NCBI RefSeq assembly: GCF_963921235.1
Contig: NC_086097.1
Span: 178,624,001-178,688,000 of the forward strand
DNA length: 64,000 nucleotides
Reading direction: 5' to 3'
Source of the DNA: Mobula hypostoma
Taxonomy: Eukaryota
A program made the translations under genes and the position numbers. Positions 40,518 through 53,799 of the stretch are shown here, one piece after another; positions within the stretch are counted from its first letter, which is position 1; each line of letters opens with the position of its first letter. The notes beneath the pieces are model-generated. The model ran no database searches. It worked only from the letters and a program-made list of their open reading frames with translations, and was not told where the DNA came from.

Positions 40518-41690
40518 AACAACAGGAATTCTGCAGATGCTGGAAGTTCAAGCAACACACATCAAAGTTGCTGGTGAACACAGCAGGCCAGGCAGCATCT
40601 CTAGGAAGAGGTACAGTCGACATTTCAGGCCGAGACCCTTCGTCAGGACTAACTGAAGGAAGAGTTAGTAAGAGATTTGAAAGTTGGAGGGGGAGGGGGA
40701 GATACAAAATGATAGGAGAAGACAGGAGAGGGAGGGATGGAGCCAAGAGCTGGACAGGTGATAGGCAAAAGGGGATATGAGAGGATCATGGGACAGGAGG
40801 TCCGGGGAGAAAGACAAGGCGGGGTGGGGGGAACCCAGAGGATGGGCAAGGGGTATAGTCAGAGGGACAGAGGGAGAAAAAGGAGAGTGAGAGAAAGAAT
40901 ATGTGTATATAAATAAATAACAGATGGGGTACAAGGGGGAGGTGAGGCATTAGCGGAAGTCAGAGAAGTCGATGTTCACGCCATCAGGTTGGAGGCTACC
41001 CAGACGACGGAATATGAGGTGTTGTTCCTCCAACCTGAGTGTGGCTTCATCTGTACAGTCGAGGAAGCCGTGGATAGACATGTCAGAATGGGAATAGGAT
41101 GTGGAATTAAAATGTGTGGCCACTGGGAGATCCTGCTTTCTCTGGCGGACAGAGCATAGGTGTTCAGCAAAGCAGTCTCCCAGTCTGCGTCGGGTCTCGC
41201 CAATATATAGAAGGCCACAGCGGGAGCACCGGACGCAGTATATCACCCCAGCCGACTCACAGGTGAAGTGTCGCCTCAGCTGGAAGGTCTGTCTGGGGCC
41301 CTGAATGGTGGTAAGGGAGGAAGTGTAAGGGCATATGTAGCACTTGTTCCGCTTACAAGGATAAGTGCCGGGGGGAGATCAGTGGGGAGGGATGGGGGGG
41401 ACGAATGGACAAGGGAGTCGCGTAGGGAGCGATCTCTGTGGAAAGCAGAGAGCGGGGGGAGGGAAAGATGTGTTTAGTGGTGGGATCCCGTTGGAGGTGG
41501 CGGAAGTTACGGAGAATAATATGTTGGACCCGGAGGCTGGTGGGGTGGTAGGTGAGGACCAGGGGAAACCTATTCCTAGTGGGGTGGCGGGAGGATGGAG
41601 TGAGAGCAGATGTGCGTGAAATGGGGGAGATGTGTTTGAGAGCAGAGTTGATGGTGGAGGAAGGGAAGCCCCTTTCTTTAAAAAAGGAGG
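40518..41690 (-). mobile_element. Longest Penelope-like fragment (RT thumb or linker, GIY-YIG, terminal repeat), inserted in a + strand CR1
   Basis: Encodes IYCVRCSRCGLLYIGETRRRLGDCFAEHL...LEEQHLI. CR1 sequence stops near 40517 and resumes near 41691. Confidence 0.92.
40615..40650 (-). ncRNA. Minimal type-I hammerhead ribozyme motif
   Basis: The minus strand reads agtc-CTGACGA-agggtctcggcct-GAAA-t-GTC-gact. Confidence 0.72.
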
Positions 41691-43716
41691 ACGAAGTGTA
41701 GAAGGATGAGAGTTGATTTGATAGAGGTATATAAGATTATGAGAGGCATAGATAGAATGGACAGCCAGCATCTCTTCCCCAGGGCAGCAATGGCCAATAC
41801 CAGAGGACTTCCATTTAATTTGGGAGGAGGAAAGTTTAGGGGAGATGTCAAGGATAGGTTTTTTTTTCACACAGAGAGTGGTGGATGCCAGAATATACTG
41901 CCAGTGTGGTAGATGCAGATACACTAAGATCTTTAAGAGTCTCTTAGATAAGCACATGGATATAAGAAAAATTGAAGGTTATGGGCTATATAGGAGGGAA
42001 AGGTTAAATTGATCATGGAGTAATAGGTCAGTGCAGCATTGTGGGCTGAAGGGCCTGTACTATGCTGTACTGTTCTATGTTTCTACCTGCTGCCCAGCAC
42101 CCTGGCCTTTTTTGGGAGAGCACATGGCTTTGTGATTTGGGGGCTTGTACAAACAGTAGATTTGGGAAATATGGCCAAACAAGGAGCCTTGAAAATTCCC
42201 TCAAGTGGTTCCTTGGGTATGAAGAAACATCTACCCTGTGCTGTGTAAGGTGTCGGGAGGACCGGGAGATCAGAAGTGTATTTTTACGGGAGGAGAAGAT
42301 GGAAGAGAGGGTGTGGGAGGCAATTACATGGCTTGGGAGCAATGGAGCGATAGAATGCTACTGGAATTGGAAGGGGGCAGAGATTGCAGTGTTGAGGGGA
42401 GTTAGAGGAGTCAGTGAGACTCAAAGAAAAAGGGATCAAAATATGCACAAATACTTTCCTCTACCTATATGTCCAGAACTGTACTTTGCTTGGTGCTGAA
42501 CAGCGATTCCTGCCTCTTCATCACCCAAGTGGAGACTTTGGGGTGTCTTCATCTGAGGATTCAAAGAGTCTGGGACCACCCGCCTGTTCCAGAAAAGTAA
42601 TTGAAATCTGTCAGTTTGTGTAAGAGGGGGAGAGCTTCTAAAGCACCTCTATTCTCAACGGAATATATTAACTACCGACGTGAGGAGAGACGGGAGTGTA
42701 AAATTGTATATTATAACCTTGTCGGCACTGAGGAAGTAATTGCCCCATATGTTTTGGTGATAGGCTCTCTATCTCTGCCGTGGCTAATTTATCACATTAA
42801 ACTGCTAACAATTGCTGGTGGAAATATTACACAAGGAAACAACATTTTATGTTAAGTTTGGGTTTATTAATCTTCAGGGGTAGCTGAGGCAGCTAAGTGC
42901 AGCCTAGCCAGCAGTTTGTGTGTCTCTTCTAAATCATTACCCTAATTGAGAAGAAGAATTCACAACTCCAGCATCTTGCTGCAGCCTTTTATATCTCTGT
43001 AATAATCAAGGCTTCTCAAAGGGTAGACAGCTTATGTGACATCAGTAGCCTCAGAGGTGGGTTGTTCTGCTGTCAGTGCACTTTCATAACCTCTAGGAAA
43101 GAACAGGCTGCCTTTTTAAACCTGTGCCAAGTTATTTCAAATCTTAAGCAGTCAATCTATCCCATTTAACTTGTATTCATTTGCACAGAACCCAACAGTC
43201 AGAAAATTGTACAACATGAAAATGTGCCCTTTGGCCTATGGGGTACTCAGTGACATTCTAATACCCATTTACACCCATCCTTTTTATTGTCCCCACATTC
43301 CCATGAACTTGCCCCAGATTCTGCCTCCTCACCCACACACTGCGGGGGAATTTACAGAGGCCAGTTAACCCAGCAACCCGCTCTTCTTTGGGATATGGGA
43401 GGAAGCACCACAGTCACAGGGAGAACATGCAAACTCCACACAGTCAGCATCTGAAATTGGGAGCTGTCAGGGAGTGGGCTACCAGCTGTGCCATTTGCCA
43501 TCCCTCCTTTTTTAACCCATTCGTAGGATGGAAGTGTTGACTGTCCAGGCAGGCATTTATTGTCTTATCTTGCTGCCCCTGAAATGAGCATCATGCTGGG
43601 AGAAAGGCATGGTAAATAACGCCCCTGAAGTCACAAACAGGCCCACGGGGTAAGGAAAATAGATTTCTTCCTTTGAACAATGTTGCAATAATCCAATAGC
43701 TGATGTATTGTATACA

Positions 43717-43848
43717 CGAGGAAATCTGCAGATGCTGGAAATTCAAGCAACACACACAAATTGCTGGTGGAACGCAGCAGGCCAGGCAACATCTACAGGA
43801 AGAGGTACAGTCGACGTTTTGGGCCGAGACCATTCGTCAGGAGTTTCA
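43717..43848 (-). mobile_element. Solo Penelope terminal repeat with a decayed hammerhead (GAAA changed to AAAA)
   Basis: 12-bp TSD gtattgtataca (43705-43716) and gtattgtgtaca (43849-43860). Confidence 0.8.
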
Positions 43849-45393
43849 GTATTGTGTACAGTTCTGGTCACCTCCTTATAGGAAGGCTGTGGAGGGTTTG
43901 GTGAAGGTGCAGAGGAGGTTCACCAGAATGCTGCCTGGATTAGAGGGGATGTGTTACAAGGAGAAGTTGGACAAAGTCGGATTATTTTCTCTGGCTGAGA
44001 AGAGATCTAACAGAAGCTTTTAAAATTATGAGAGGCATAGGTAGGGAAGACAGCCGGTATTTTTATCACAGGTTAGAAATGTCAAGTATGGCAGTGATAT
44101 TTAGCAGGCTGTTAGACACATATATACAGGGAATGGAGGGGAACGGATCTGATCATGTACAGGCAGAAGAGAACTAGCTTTATTTGGCATTGCTTTTAGT
44201 GCAGACATTGTGGGCCAAAGGACCTGGTCCTGTGTTTTACTCTTCTATGTTCTACGTTCTGCAGTTTATTCATGCTGCTGTGACCATTCAATCTGAAGTT
44301 AAGTACCTCCAGCAGGATTTGAACTCACTCCTCCAGATCACCAATGGATGCCTAGCTCACTATAGAACATAGTATAGCACAGTACAGGCCCTTCGGTACA
44401 TGATGCTGTATCAAACAGTATAAACGCACTCTGCAGTCAATCTAATCCTTCCCTCCTACACAGCCCATAAGCCCTCAGCTGTCTGTCATTTACCACTAGA
44501 AACTTTTAAGAAAAAAAGACCATAACACATAGGAGGAGAGTTAGACCACTGGGCCCGTTAAGCCTGCTCTGCCATTCAATCATGGCTGATTTACTTACCT
44601 TCTCAACCCTATTCTCCTGACTCCTGCCCATAAACCTTTGATACCCTTACTAATCAAGAACCTATCAACCTTCGCTTTAAATATACTCAATGATTTGGCC
44701 TGCAATGCCGTCTGTGGTAATGAATTCCACAGATTCACCACCCTCGGGCTAAAGATATTTTTCCTCATCTCAATTCTAAAAGAGAGTCCTTCTATTCTGA
44801 AGCAGTGCTCTCTGGTCCTAGACTCTCCCAAAACACTTTTAAAATGGAGTTGGGAAGCAGTTTGCAGACACACAGTGCTGATGGCTTCGAAAAGCCCTTA
44901 TTAATCCTCTGGGTCCCTGTGTCTCTGACGCGGCCCGCTACTGCAGCAGTACATGTTGCCTCTGCTGTACAAATTGGTTCAAAGTCGGGCTTTGGAAAAG
45001 CCATTAGGAATTGCAAACCATGCACTGAGCAGCAGTACCTGGATATCACTCTGTCTTCCATTTGCTACCATGGATCGAACTTCAAAGCGACGGCTTTACA
45101 TGCGAAGGAGGTCAGAGTTGTGGCCATAAATAATTGTAAAACTGTTGCTCAAAAACCATTTTTATCACTTACAAAGTGACCTCTGAGCTTCCAAAACCCA
45201 GGCGTGCTATTAAAGGTTAGTGAGGCAGAAGCTGTCGCCTTGTAGTCCGGAGAAATATTAAAGAAAGCCTCGCTCTTGTAAACCCCTAACCAAGTTCTCA
45301 GATTGAGCGGAGGAATATTTGGCTCTGGACCCAGTGTCCATTAAGATATGGCCAGAGGTCGTTTATCCTGTCAGCACTCTGCAGAGATATCCA

Positions 45394-45445
45394 CTCCTGG
45401 TCTCCTGGTCTCCTGGTCTCCTGGTCTCCTGGTCTCCTGGTCTCC
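45394..45445. repeat. Perfect 8-bp tandem repeat (CTCCTGGT)6.5
   Basis: Read directly from the sequence. Confidence 0.95.
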
Positions 45446-45817
45446 CATTACTCTGCTGGAGTGCTGATCTCATTTCTGGTTAAAACTCCACCAATAGCAC
45501 TGATTCACACAGCACTGGAGGTGGCCATTCAGCCCACTCAACCCATGCTGACTCTCTGAAGTCCCACCTTGGTGTCATGGGGAACAGAGCTACCAGAAAC
45601 AGTGCAGTGGGTTGAGCCAGTGACCCAGGTTCGATTCCAACCTCAGGAACTGTCTGTGTGGGGTGTGCACGTTCTCTCGGTGTGTGAGTTACTGCCGGAC
45701 GTGGGTCGGTAGCTTAATTGACAGCTGTAAATTCTCCCTCGTGTGTTGATGAAGGGTGGTATCATGGGAGAATGTGAAACAGGTTTAAAATCACAGATAT
45801 ATGACATGAACAGACTG

Positions 45818-46053
45818 GACAGTACAGTAGTGTAGCGGTTAGTGTAAGGCAATAGTATGCTATTGCTGCACCCGTGATTCGGGTTCAATTCTTGCCTCTG
45901 TCTGTAGAGTTTGTACATTCTCCCCGTGACTCTGTGTGTTTCCTCCAGTGCTCCAGTTATCTTCTACATTCCAAAGACATACGGTTTAGTAGGTTAATTG
46001 GCCATGTGGGTGTAATGGACACTCATTGGGCTGGAAGGGGTTGTGCCTTGTAC
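45818..46053 (+). mobile_element. V-SINE
   Basis: tagtgtagcggttag (A box), gggttcaattc (B box), V core and CR1-type tail. Confidence 0.75.
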
Positions 46054-49000
46054 CTGCCTGAGTCAGTGGTGGAGGCAGATACACTAGTGAAGTTTAAGAG
46101 ACTACCGGACAGGTATATGGAGGAATTTAAGGTGGGGGGGTTACATGGGAAGCAGGGTTTGAGGGTCGGCACAACAATGTGGGCCGAAGGGCCTGTACTG
46201 TGCTGTACTATTCTATGTTCTATATGTAATTTGAAATAAAATAAAGAAATCCTTGATTGGTTCTTCTCAAAGACTCCATCTGTTCTTTCTCTTAAGTGGT
46301 TGACCCACTGACCCAAGGCTGGCTTCCTCCTTCTGGGCTGAGCCCGTCACTTTCTACCAGCTTGACACCTCAAGCCTCTTTGACATCATTGCTGGGGGTT
46401 GCCGGTGCTCTTGGTAATTCTGTTCCCCATGATACCAAGGCTAGCACAAATTCAGTGGGCTGAATGGCCTCCTCCTGTGCTGTGAGATCCAATGCTTAGG
46501 AGGTGAAATACTGGTGATGGGTGGGGGAGCTAGTATTGGTTTTTTAGTGTATATTTGTTTATTACTGTCGTATGATAAAGATTAACAGTTGATCTCTCAG
46601 TCTATCATCCTGTGGCCCTTGCACCTTATCGTCAACCTGCACTGCACGCTCTCTGTTACAGTAATACTTTACTCTGTATTCTGTTATTACTTAACCTTTT
46701 TTTTCTACATTGTTCTACTTGTGTATGGAACTACCTGTCTGGACGACATACAAAATAAAGCCTTTCACTGTATCTCGGTGCACGGGACGATAACAAATGA
46801 ATTACTAATGACCAATTAGTTTTGCGTGCCATCCAGACAGTGCAGAAGGAGATCAGAATGCAGAATATGGTGTTACAGTACAGAGGGAGCACTGCACTGG
46901 GAGACAAGTAAAGTGACAATGTAGTCTGGGCAATTAAGAGTTTGTCTTTTTGTGTTTGAGAGGTCTTTCGAGTGAGTGCCTGTTAACAGCCGGGTAGAAG
47001 CTGTCCTTGAACCTGGTGGCACATGCTCTCAAACTTTTATGTCTTCTGGCCAATGGGAGGGGGGAGCAGAGAGAGTAGCTGGGGTGGGAGAGCTCCTTGA
47101 TTATGCTGGCTGCTTTCCCGGGGCAATGGGAAATGTATTTAAGCTGAGAGGGGGAAGTTAAAGGAGATGGGTGGAACAAGTATTTCACGCAGACAGTGGT
47201 GGATGCTGGGAAGGGGATGGAGGTGGAACCAGATTGGTTAGACATGTGAACATGCAGGGAAGAGAGGGATATAGATCATGTGCAGGGAGGAGGGACGGGT
47301 TCACTTCGGCATCTTGTTTGGTTCAGACATTGTGGGCCGAAGGGTGTGTTCCTGTGCTGAGTTGCTCTCTTCAAAGTGTAGATGGAGTCAGTGGAAGGGA
47401 GGCTGTTTGATATGTGACTCCAGGCCTTTCCCTTTGATGTGAATAATTACCAGCTATGTCATTGAGTATAGGAGTCAGGAAGTTATGTCACACTTGTATA
47501 AGACATTGGTGAGGCCATTCTTGGTGTACCATGTACAATTTAGGTTGCCCTGTTATAGGAAGGATTTTATTAAACCAGAAAGAGTGCAGAAATGATTTAC
47601 CAGGACATTGCCTTGGGTCAGAATTATAAGGAGAGATTGTGTAGGCAAGGAATTTGGCCACTTCCCCCGCCTACCCACCTTCCTATCCTCTTGCCTGGGT
47701 TCATTAGTTTGTGCTCCTCCCCCACTCCAAAATCTCATTCTGGTTTCTGCACTCTTTCTTTTCAGTCCTGATGAAGCGTCATGGCCCAAAACATCGACTG
47801 TTCATTTTCCTGCATAAGTGCCATCTGACCTGCTGACTTCCTTCAGTGTTTTGTGTGTGTTGCTTTGCTTCCTGGAACGTGGGAGACTGGGGGTGGGGGT
47901 ATAGAAGATCACGAGGGGCACGGACAGAGTGAAAGCTCTTCGTCTTTTCCCCAGGGAGGAGATTCTAAAATCAAAAAGGTACAGGTTCAAGGTCAGAGGC
48001 ATGAGATTTAAAAGGGACATCAGGGGCAGCTTCTTCACACAAGGGGTGGTGTGTATTTGAAATGAGCTGCCAGAAACAGTGGTTGAGGTAATGCATTAAC
48101 ATTTAAAAGCCGTCTAGATAAGAACACGGACAGGAGCTGTTTATAGGGCTGTGGGCCAAACGTAGGCAGATTGGGCTAGTGCGCTGGGCAGCACAGTTGG
48201 CATTGACAAGTTGGGCCGTAGGGCTGTAAGTCTATGACTCCATGTCTCATCCTGGGAACAAGGGAAGGATAGAAAGTTGGTCAGAGCAGTTTTGTTTTGC
48301 AGTAAATTCCATATGATATTCAGAAGTGGCTCCAGGGTTCAGTGTCAGCTGTTTTGTTTGTGGATGAACTCTCTGTCTGAGTCAAGAATATAGCATCATT
48401 CAGGGTGGTCTTCCGATTGGTGCCACTGAGACAGGCCCTCAATCAGTTCCACACCCTGCTCCTTCCCACTAACTTGGTTTCCACCAATCAGTCCGAGTAC
48501 AAGAGGCAAGGAGACTAGTCAAAGTTCAGTAAGTTTATTAGAAAGTACATATATGTTACCATGTACTACCTTGGAGATTAATTTTCTTGCAGACATTTAC
48601 AGGATAAATAAAGAAATACAATAGAAACTACAAAAACATACATAAACAAAGGTGGACAAACAACCAATGTGCAAAAGAAGACAAACTGTGGAAATAAAAA
48701 AAATACTGAGAACACAAGTTGCAAAGAGTCCTTGAAAGAGAGTCTGTCGGGAGTAGAATTAGTTCAGAGTTGTGGTGAGTGAAGTTATCTATGCCAATTC
48801 TGGAGCCTGATAGTTGTGGGGAAATAACTGTTCCTGAAGCTGGTGGTGTGTCTGCGCCAACCCATTGACGTAACTTTGACTTCATCTCCTTCTCGGCACC
48901 ATTGATACAAGCAGAAAGTTCTTCAAATCATCCCCCCCCCCCCCCACAGCACAGCCTCCTCCTGATCTCCCCCTGGAACTGCTACACTCCTTTTGATCGT

Positions 49001-49130
49001 AGTCTCATCGCCGTGGTAACTTGCCCATGTCGGTCCGTTGCAGCTGAGAAGAGTGCAAATCCCTCTTGGATTCAGAGGGAAATACAGTGTTCCCTGCGTG
49101 ATGTGTGTGTGTGTCTGTGTGCTCTTTCAG

Positions 49131-49185
49131 ATTTTTGTGTCTGGGCTCCAGCGAGTCCATGGATCAAAGCCCAGGAAACTCCTGA
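49131..49185 (+). CDS. Candidate terminal coding exon (V-FLCLGSSESMDQSPGNS*)
   Basis: Acceptor (tg)n-ctgtgtgctctttcag. Phase 2 continues the 16105 exon to a TGA at 49183-49185, followed by about 1.2 kb of repeat-free sequence. Confidence 0.5.
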
Positions 49186-50000
49186 CCTGATGTGCAGCGG
49201 CAGAGGCCTTCACCCAGAGTTCCTTTGCTGCGCTCTCTCCTGCTCTTGCCTCCCATCTCATGCACCCCCTCCGCTTCTCTCCCAGACCTTTTAAAAACAG
49301 TTGAGTTGTCTTGGTTCTGACGTCCCCACAGACCCTGGAGGGGTGGGGGAGGGAGTCTCCCACACAGCTTAGGACTGACTGATCCCCAGACAGACTTCTG
49401 AAATGCTGAATGGATGAACTGTTGTTTTCCAGTTCTCCCTGTTAACCACACAACTTGGCAGAAGTATCAGACAGAGTGAAGGAACATTGGGTCTGTCATT
49501 TTTTACCGACACTCCGCCATCGTAGATTCGACAGATTTACCCGTTCTCTCTGCAGAGCTCCCGGTCAGACAAAATCCAGCCTGCTTAAGAAGATGATGAA
49601 TACTGATTGAACAGGATTGGAAATTCTGAGTGCCGTCCCCTGATTGCAGATGGTTGGTTTATAGAAAATCATTATTAAGGAAAAAAATTAAATTGAGGCC
49701 AAAACTGCTAAAATGCTTCATTTTTTTCACAATGTAGACGCCCTCTGTTCCCCCAGTTGTAAATACTGCAAACTACAGACGTTGACCTGAGCAGTTCACC
49801 CTGGTTTGAAGACCTGCAAGATATATAAATTGCATATTTAAGGCAGAGTGCTCACCATTGTAATTTTAGAAGTGTTTATTCATCTGGAATGTATTAGAAA
49901 TGTGATTAATGATATGGAGACATCTGCTCTTTTACACAGTGTCTGACTCTATGAGTTCCTTTTGTTGGCAATTGTAATTGGAAACCACAACTCAAATGCC
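49186..50000 (+). other. Candidate 3' UTR, with a possible ATTAAA poly(A) signal at 49687-49692
   Basis: Repeat-free, increasingly AT-rich sequence after the stop codon. The end point is uncertain. Confidence 0.35.
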
Positions 50001-53000
50001 AATAGTTGTGAGTCGAGCCTTGTCATTTCTGTTCCTACTTCCACAAGTTATTAATGAATTGGATTGAGTAAACGTTGAATGCAGAGTGCTGAAGCACATG
50101 ACATTTTCTTGTGGGCCAGCGGAAAAAAATACTGGCTGTGGTTTGCAAGCAGCACAGTGGCCTTGACGACAAGACAGATAATCAATTCTCTGCTTCTCTC
50201 GACTGCAGATCAAGGAAGATAATTGTAGTCTTACTTCATCATCGCAGAGTGGCAAATTACCGCAGAAAGCAAGAAAAAAAGAGAATTTGAAACTTAATTA
50301 ATATCCACGGCTACTGTGTGGGGTTAACTGTGCTGCTTATGGAGAGATAAGAAGCAGGCCAGAGTTACCATCCAGGGCACATTGTGGGTTGACGACCAGG
50401 GTTTGTTCTTGGGCAGCGGTTTAATAGAACAGTTCAGGTGCAGGAACAGCTCTTCGGCCCTCAATTTTGTGCCAAGCTCATTAAGCTAGTGACACCTAAT
50501 CCCTTCTGCCTGTGCATTTCCCATATTCCTGGCACTATCTGCCTACCCTCTCACACCCCTCCTCAGTCCAGCAGTCGCCTCAGAATCCTACTCCCACTCC
50601 CCTTCTCTTCGCTAAATGCCACCTCACTCCTCCCACTTGCAGTCCTGATGCAAGATTTCAACCCATATGGTCACAACCGCATCCCCACCCCACAAATCCA
50701 GCTCAACCTTCTGAGTTCCTTCAGCAGAATGTTTATTGGTCCATATCCCTCTATTTCCTGCTTGTTTAAGTATGTCTAAGAGCCCCTTTGGCACATTTAC
50801 TGTATCTGTCTCCACCACCACCTCTGGGAGTACATTCCAGGCACCCATCACTCTCGGTGTTAAAAACCTGTTCTGCTCATTTCCTTAGAACTTACCCCGT
50901 CTCACCTCAAGTGCATGCCTTCTGGTATTTGATCTGAAATGCATGCCCTCTGGTGTTAGATTTAAAAATCAGAGTAAATTATTAATAATTAGAGCAGTTT
51001 TTTTACTTCAGTGAAGAAAGTCTTGCAAAGTGTTTGGGGAGGATTTATTGCAGATATTAAGGTGTCTGGGGTATGTTCTGGAATGAAACGTGACTGTTAA
51101 ACTTCAGCTTCCTCTTCTACCTATAGTGGGACCCACCCAGTTTTTAACGCAGGTGGGTCCACTTCATGTTTGATTTGACCTTGGCACAACAGCCAGCTCC
51201 CTCCCCCCACCCCCAGCCCTGCCCCCGCTGCCCACCGCCCCAGATGTTATGCCATAAAGCCGCATGGCACAGAAACAGGCCTTTCCGCCCATTAAGTCCA
51301 TGCTGGTTATCAACCACCTGTCTTCAATCCCATTTTGTTCTCACCACATTCTCACTGACTCCCCCCCCACCCCCTCCTAGGGCCTACCCCTCACTCACAC
51401 ACGTGGGGGGCGATTCACAGACGTCTGATTAACCCACCGATCCCATGCATCTTTGGGATGTAGAAGGAAACCGGTGAACTCACACAATCACAGGGGGATG
51501 TGCATCTCCCCACAGGCAGCGCCCAGGGTCAGGATTGATCCTGTGTCTCTGGAGATATTTTTTACTCCTTTATATTCACTCAAGAGACGTGGGGCTTTGT
51601 GGGGTGAGCCAGCATGTAATTGCCCTTGAGAAGGTGGCGATGAGCTGCCTTCTTGAACCGCTGCTTTCCGTGGGTGTGGGTATACCCAAGTTGCTGTTGT
51701 ACCATATCTCTGGGTAGAAGTATGTTTTGGGACAAGGAGCAGGATGTGCTTGCATTGCGATGTGGAACTCCTCAGAGAGCTCCCAAGGTCAGTTCTGAAC
51801 CTAAACTACTTGAGTGTCTGGATAACAGCTTCAATTGTGGGAGTGAGGGTTTGCAATCTTGTTGCAAGCCTGCTTCATAAGAGAATGCAGATGCTGGAAT
51901 CTGCAGCAACACATACAAACCTGCTGGAAGAACTCAGTGTGTTGGGCAGCATCTGTGGTGAGAAATGAACAGTTGATAGTTTTTGTCAATACCCTTCATT
52001 TGGATGATGACTCTTCATCGATACTGCCTAACTCCTTTAGTCCTTGCAGCAGTTGTACAGTCATACATTCATAGAGTCATAGAACAATACAGGCCCTTCA
52101 GCCCATCTAACCCATGCTGCCCACAGTGACCACTCAGCTTGTCAAAATTTCCTGTGTTCGGAACATATCCCTCTAAGCCCCTCCAAGTGCTTCTTAAATG
52201 AGACTATTGTACCTGCCTCAACCACTTCCTCTGGCAGCTTATTCCATATACTCACAACCCTCTAGTTGAAAAAAATTACCCTTTGAAATTTTCCCTTTTA
52301 ACTTTAAACTTTTGTCACCTTAAACTTTAGACACCCGTATGCTGTACTGGGGAATAAACTGTTACCATCCACCTTGTCTAACTCTCATAATTTTAAATAT
52401 TTCTATGTGGTCACCCTTCATTCTCCTACATTCCAGGGAATAAAGATCTAGCCTGGCCTCTCCCTATAACTTAGTCCTGGTAACATCCTTGTAAATCTTT
52501 TTTGCACTCTTTCCCTCTAACGAGGTGGCCAAAACGGTCTACAGTCTGGTAGGAAGCGATCTATCAGAAAGAAGAAATCTAAGTAACTATTGCTTTAGTT
52601 TTTTGTTAATGCAAACCTCAGATGCCTGGAAGTCTTTGGGAGTAGGGAGGGTGAAGGGGAGAGTGAGAGGGATGTGGTTCGACATGTTCAGTAGGTAACA
52701 TTAATTAGAAACTGATATATTTGTATTTCAATATGCTGCTGTGCAGTTCCACTGAATCTTATTGCTGTCCACGAACACTAATCAGCTGTCCTCTCCAATT
52801 ATGGGAGCAGGGACATGTTGGTGCAAAAACGTTCGTTATCTTTAATACTCTTTTTGCAAATTACAATCTGTGCACAGCTGTGTCATTTCCTGCTGAGTAT
52901 GACTGACGCTGTCCTGGTCTGAGGATAGTGGGATCGTGTGCTTCTCCAATCCCCCAATAACTTCTCACCTTGGTCCCTCCCCTTCAAACATTCTTCCACC

Positions 53001-53074
53001 TGCACCCAAAATCCTCCAAAAACCTGCCTCACCTATATGCCCTAACCTAACTGGACACTCCCCGATCTGTGGAA

Positions 53075-53550
53075 GCTTTAGAGAGGGTGCAGAGAAATTT
53101 ACCAGCATGTTGCCTGGATTAGAAAATATGTCTTCTGAGGAAATTTTGTGTGAGCTAGGACTTTTGTTTTTGGAGTGGCAGAGGATGTGAGGCGCACTGA
53201 TGGAAGTGTGTAAGATTTATGACAGGCATAGGGAGAGTGGACAGCCAGCACCTTTTCCCCAGGGTGACAATGGCCAATACCACAGGGCATCCTTTTAAGG
53301 TAAGCAGAGAAAAATTTAGGGGATATGTCAGAGATAGATTTTTACACAGACAGTGCTGGGTGTCTGGAGCGCACTGCTGGGGGTGATGGCAAAGGCTGAT
53401 ACAATAGGGCATTTAAGAATGTTGGAAAAGAAAAATAGAGGGTTATGGACTATGTAGGAGGGAAGGGTTGGATTGATCCTGGAGTAAATATACAAAAGTC
53501 AGCACAACATTGTGGGCCGTAGGACCTGTACTGGTCTATGTTCTATGCTT
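53075..53550 (+). mobile_element. CR1 3' fragment
   Basis: gagagggtgcagagaaatttaccagcatgttgcctgg...ctatgttctatg. Confidence 0.85.
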
Positions 53551-53799
53551 ATAAAATGACAGTATTCCCAAGAATGGAGAGACTCACTCTGGTTAGGCTT
53601 CAGCTGGGGCAAAATGTACAGTTGAGGTCACTCCATTGCAGAAAAGATGTGATTGCACTGGAGAGGTTGCAGAAGAGTTTTGTCTAGAGGCTGCCAGGGC
53701 TGCAGTTGAGAGCTGCAGTTGTACAGCACAGAAACAGACCATTCAGCCCATCATATCCATGTTGGCTGTTAAGTTTTAAGTTTCAAGCATCAAGGTTCC

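Noticed and set aside
45394..45445. CRISPR-like regular repeat
   Set aside because: There are no spacers. It is a simple microsatellite in eukaryotic DNA.
48902..49294. 130-aa single-exon ORF
   Set aside because: It has a non-ATG start and crosses poly-C and TG tracts. The spliced reading in another frame fits the upstream exons better.
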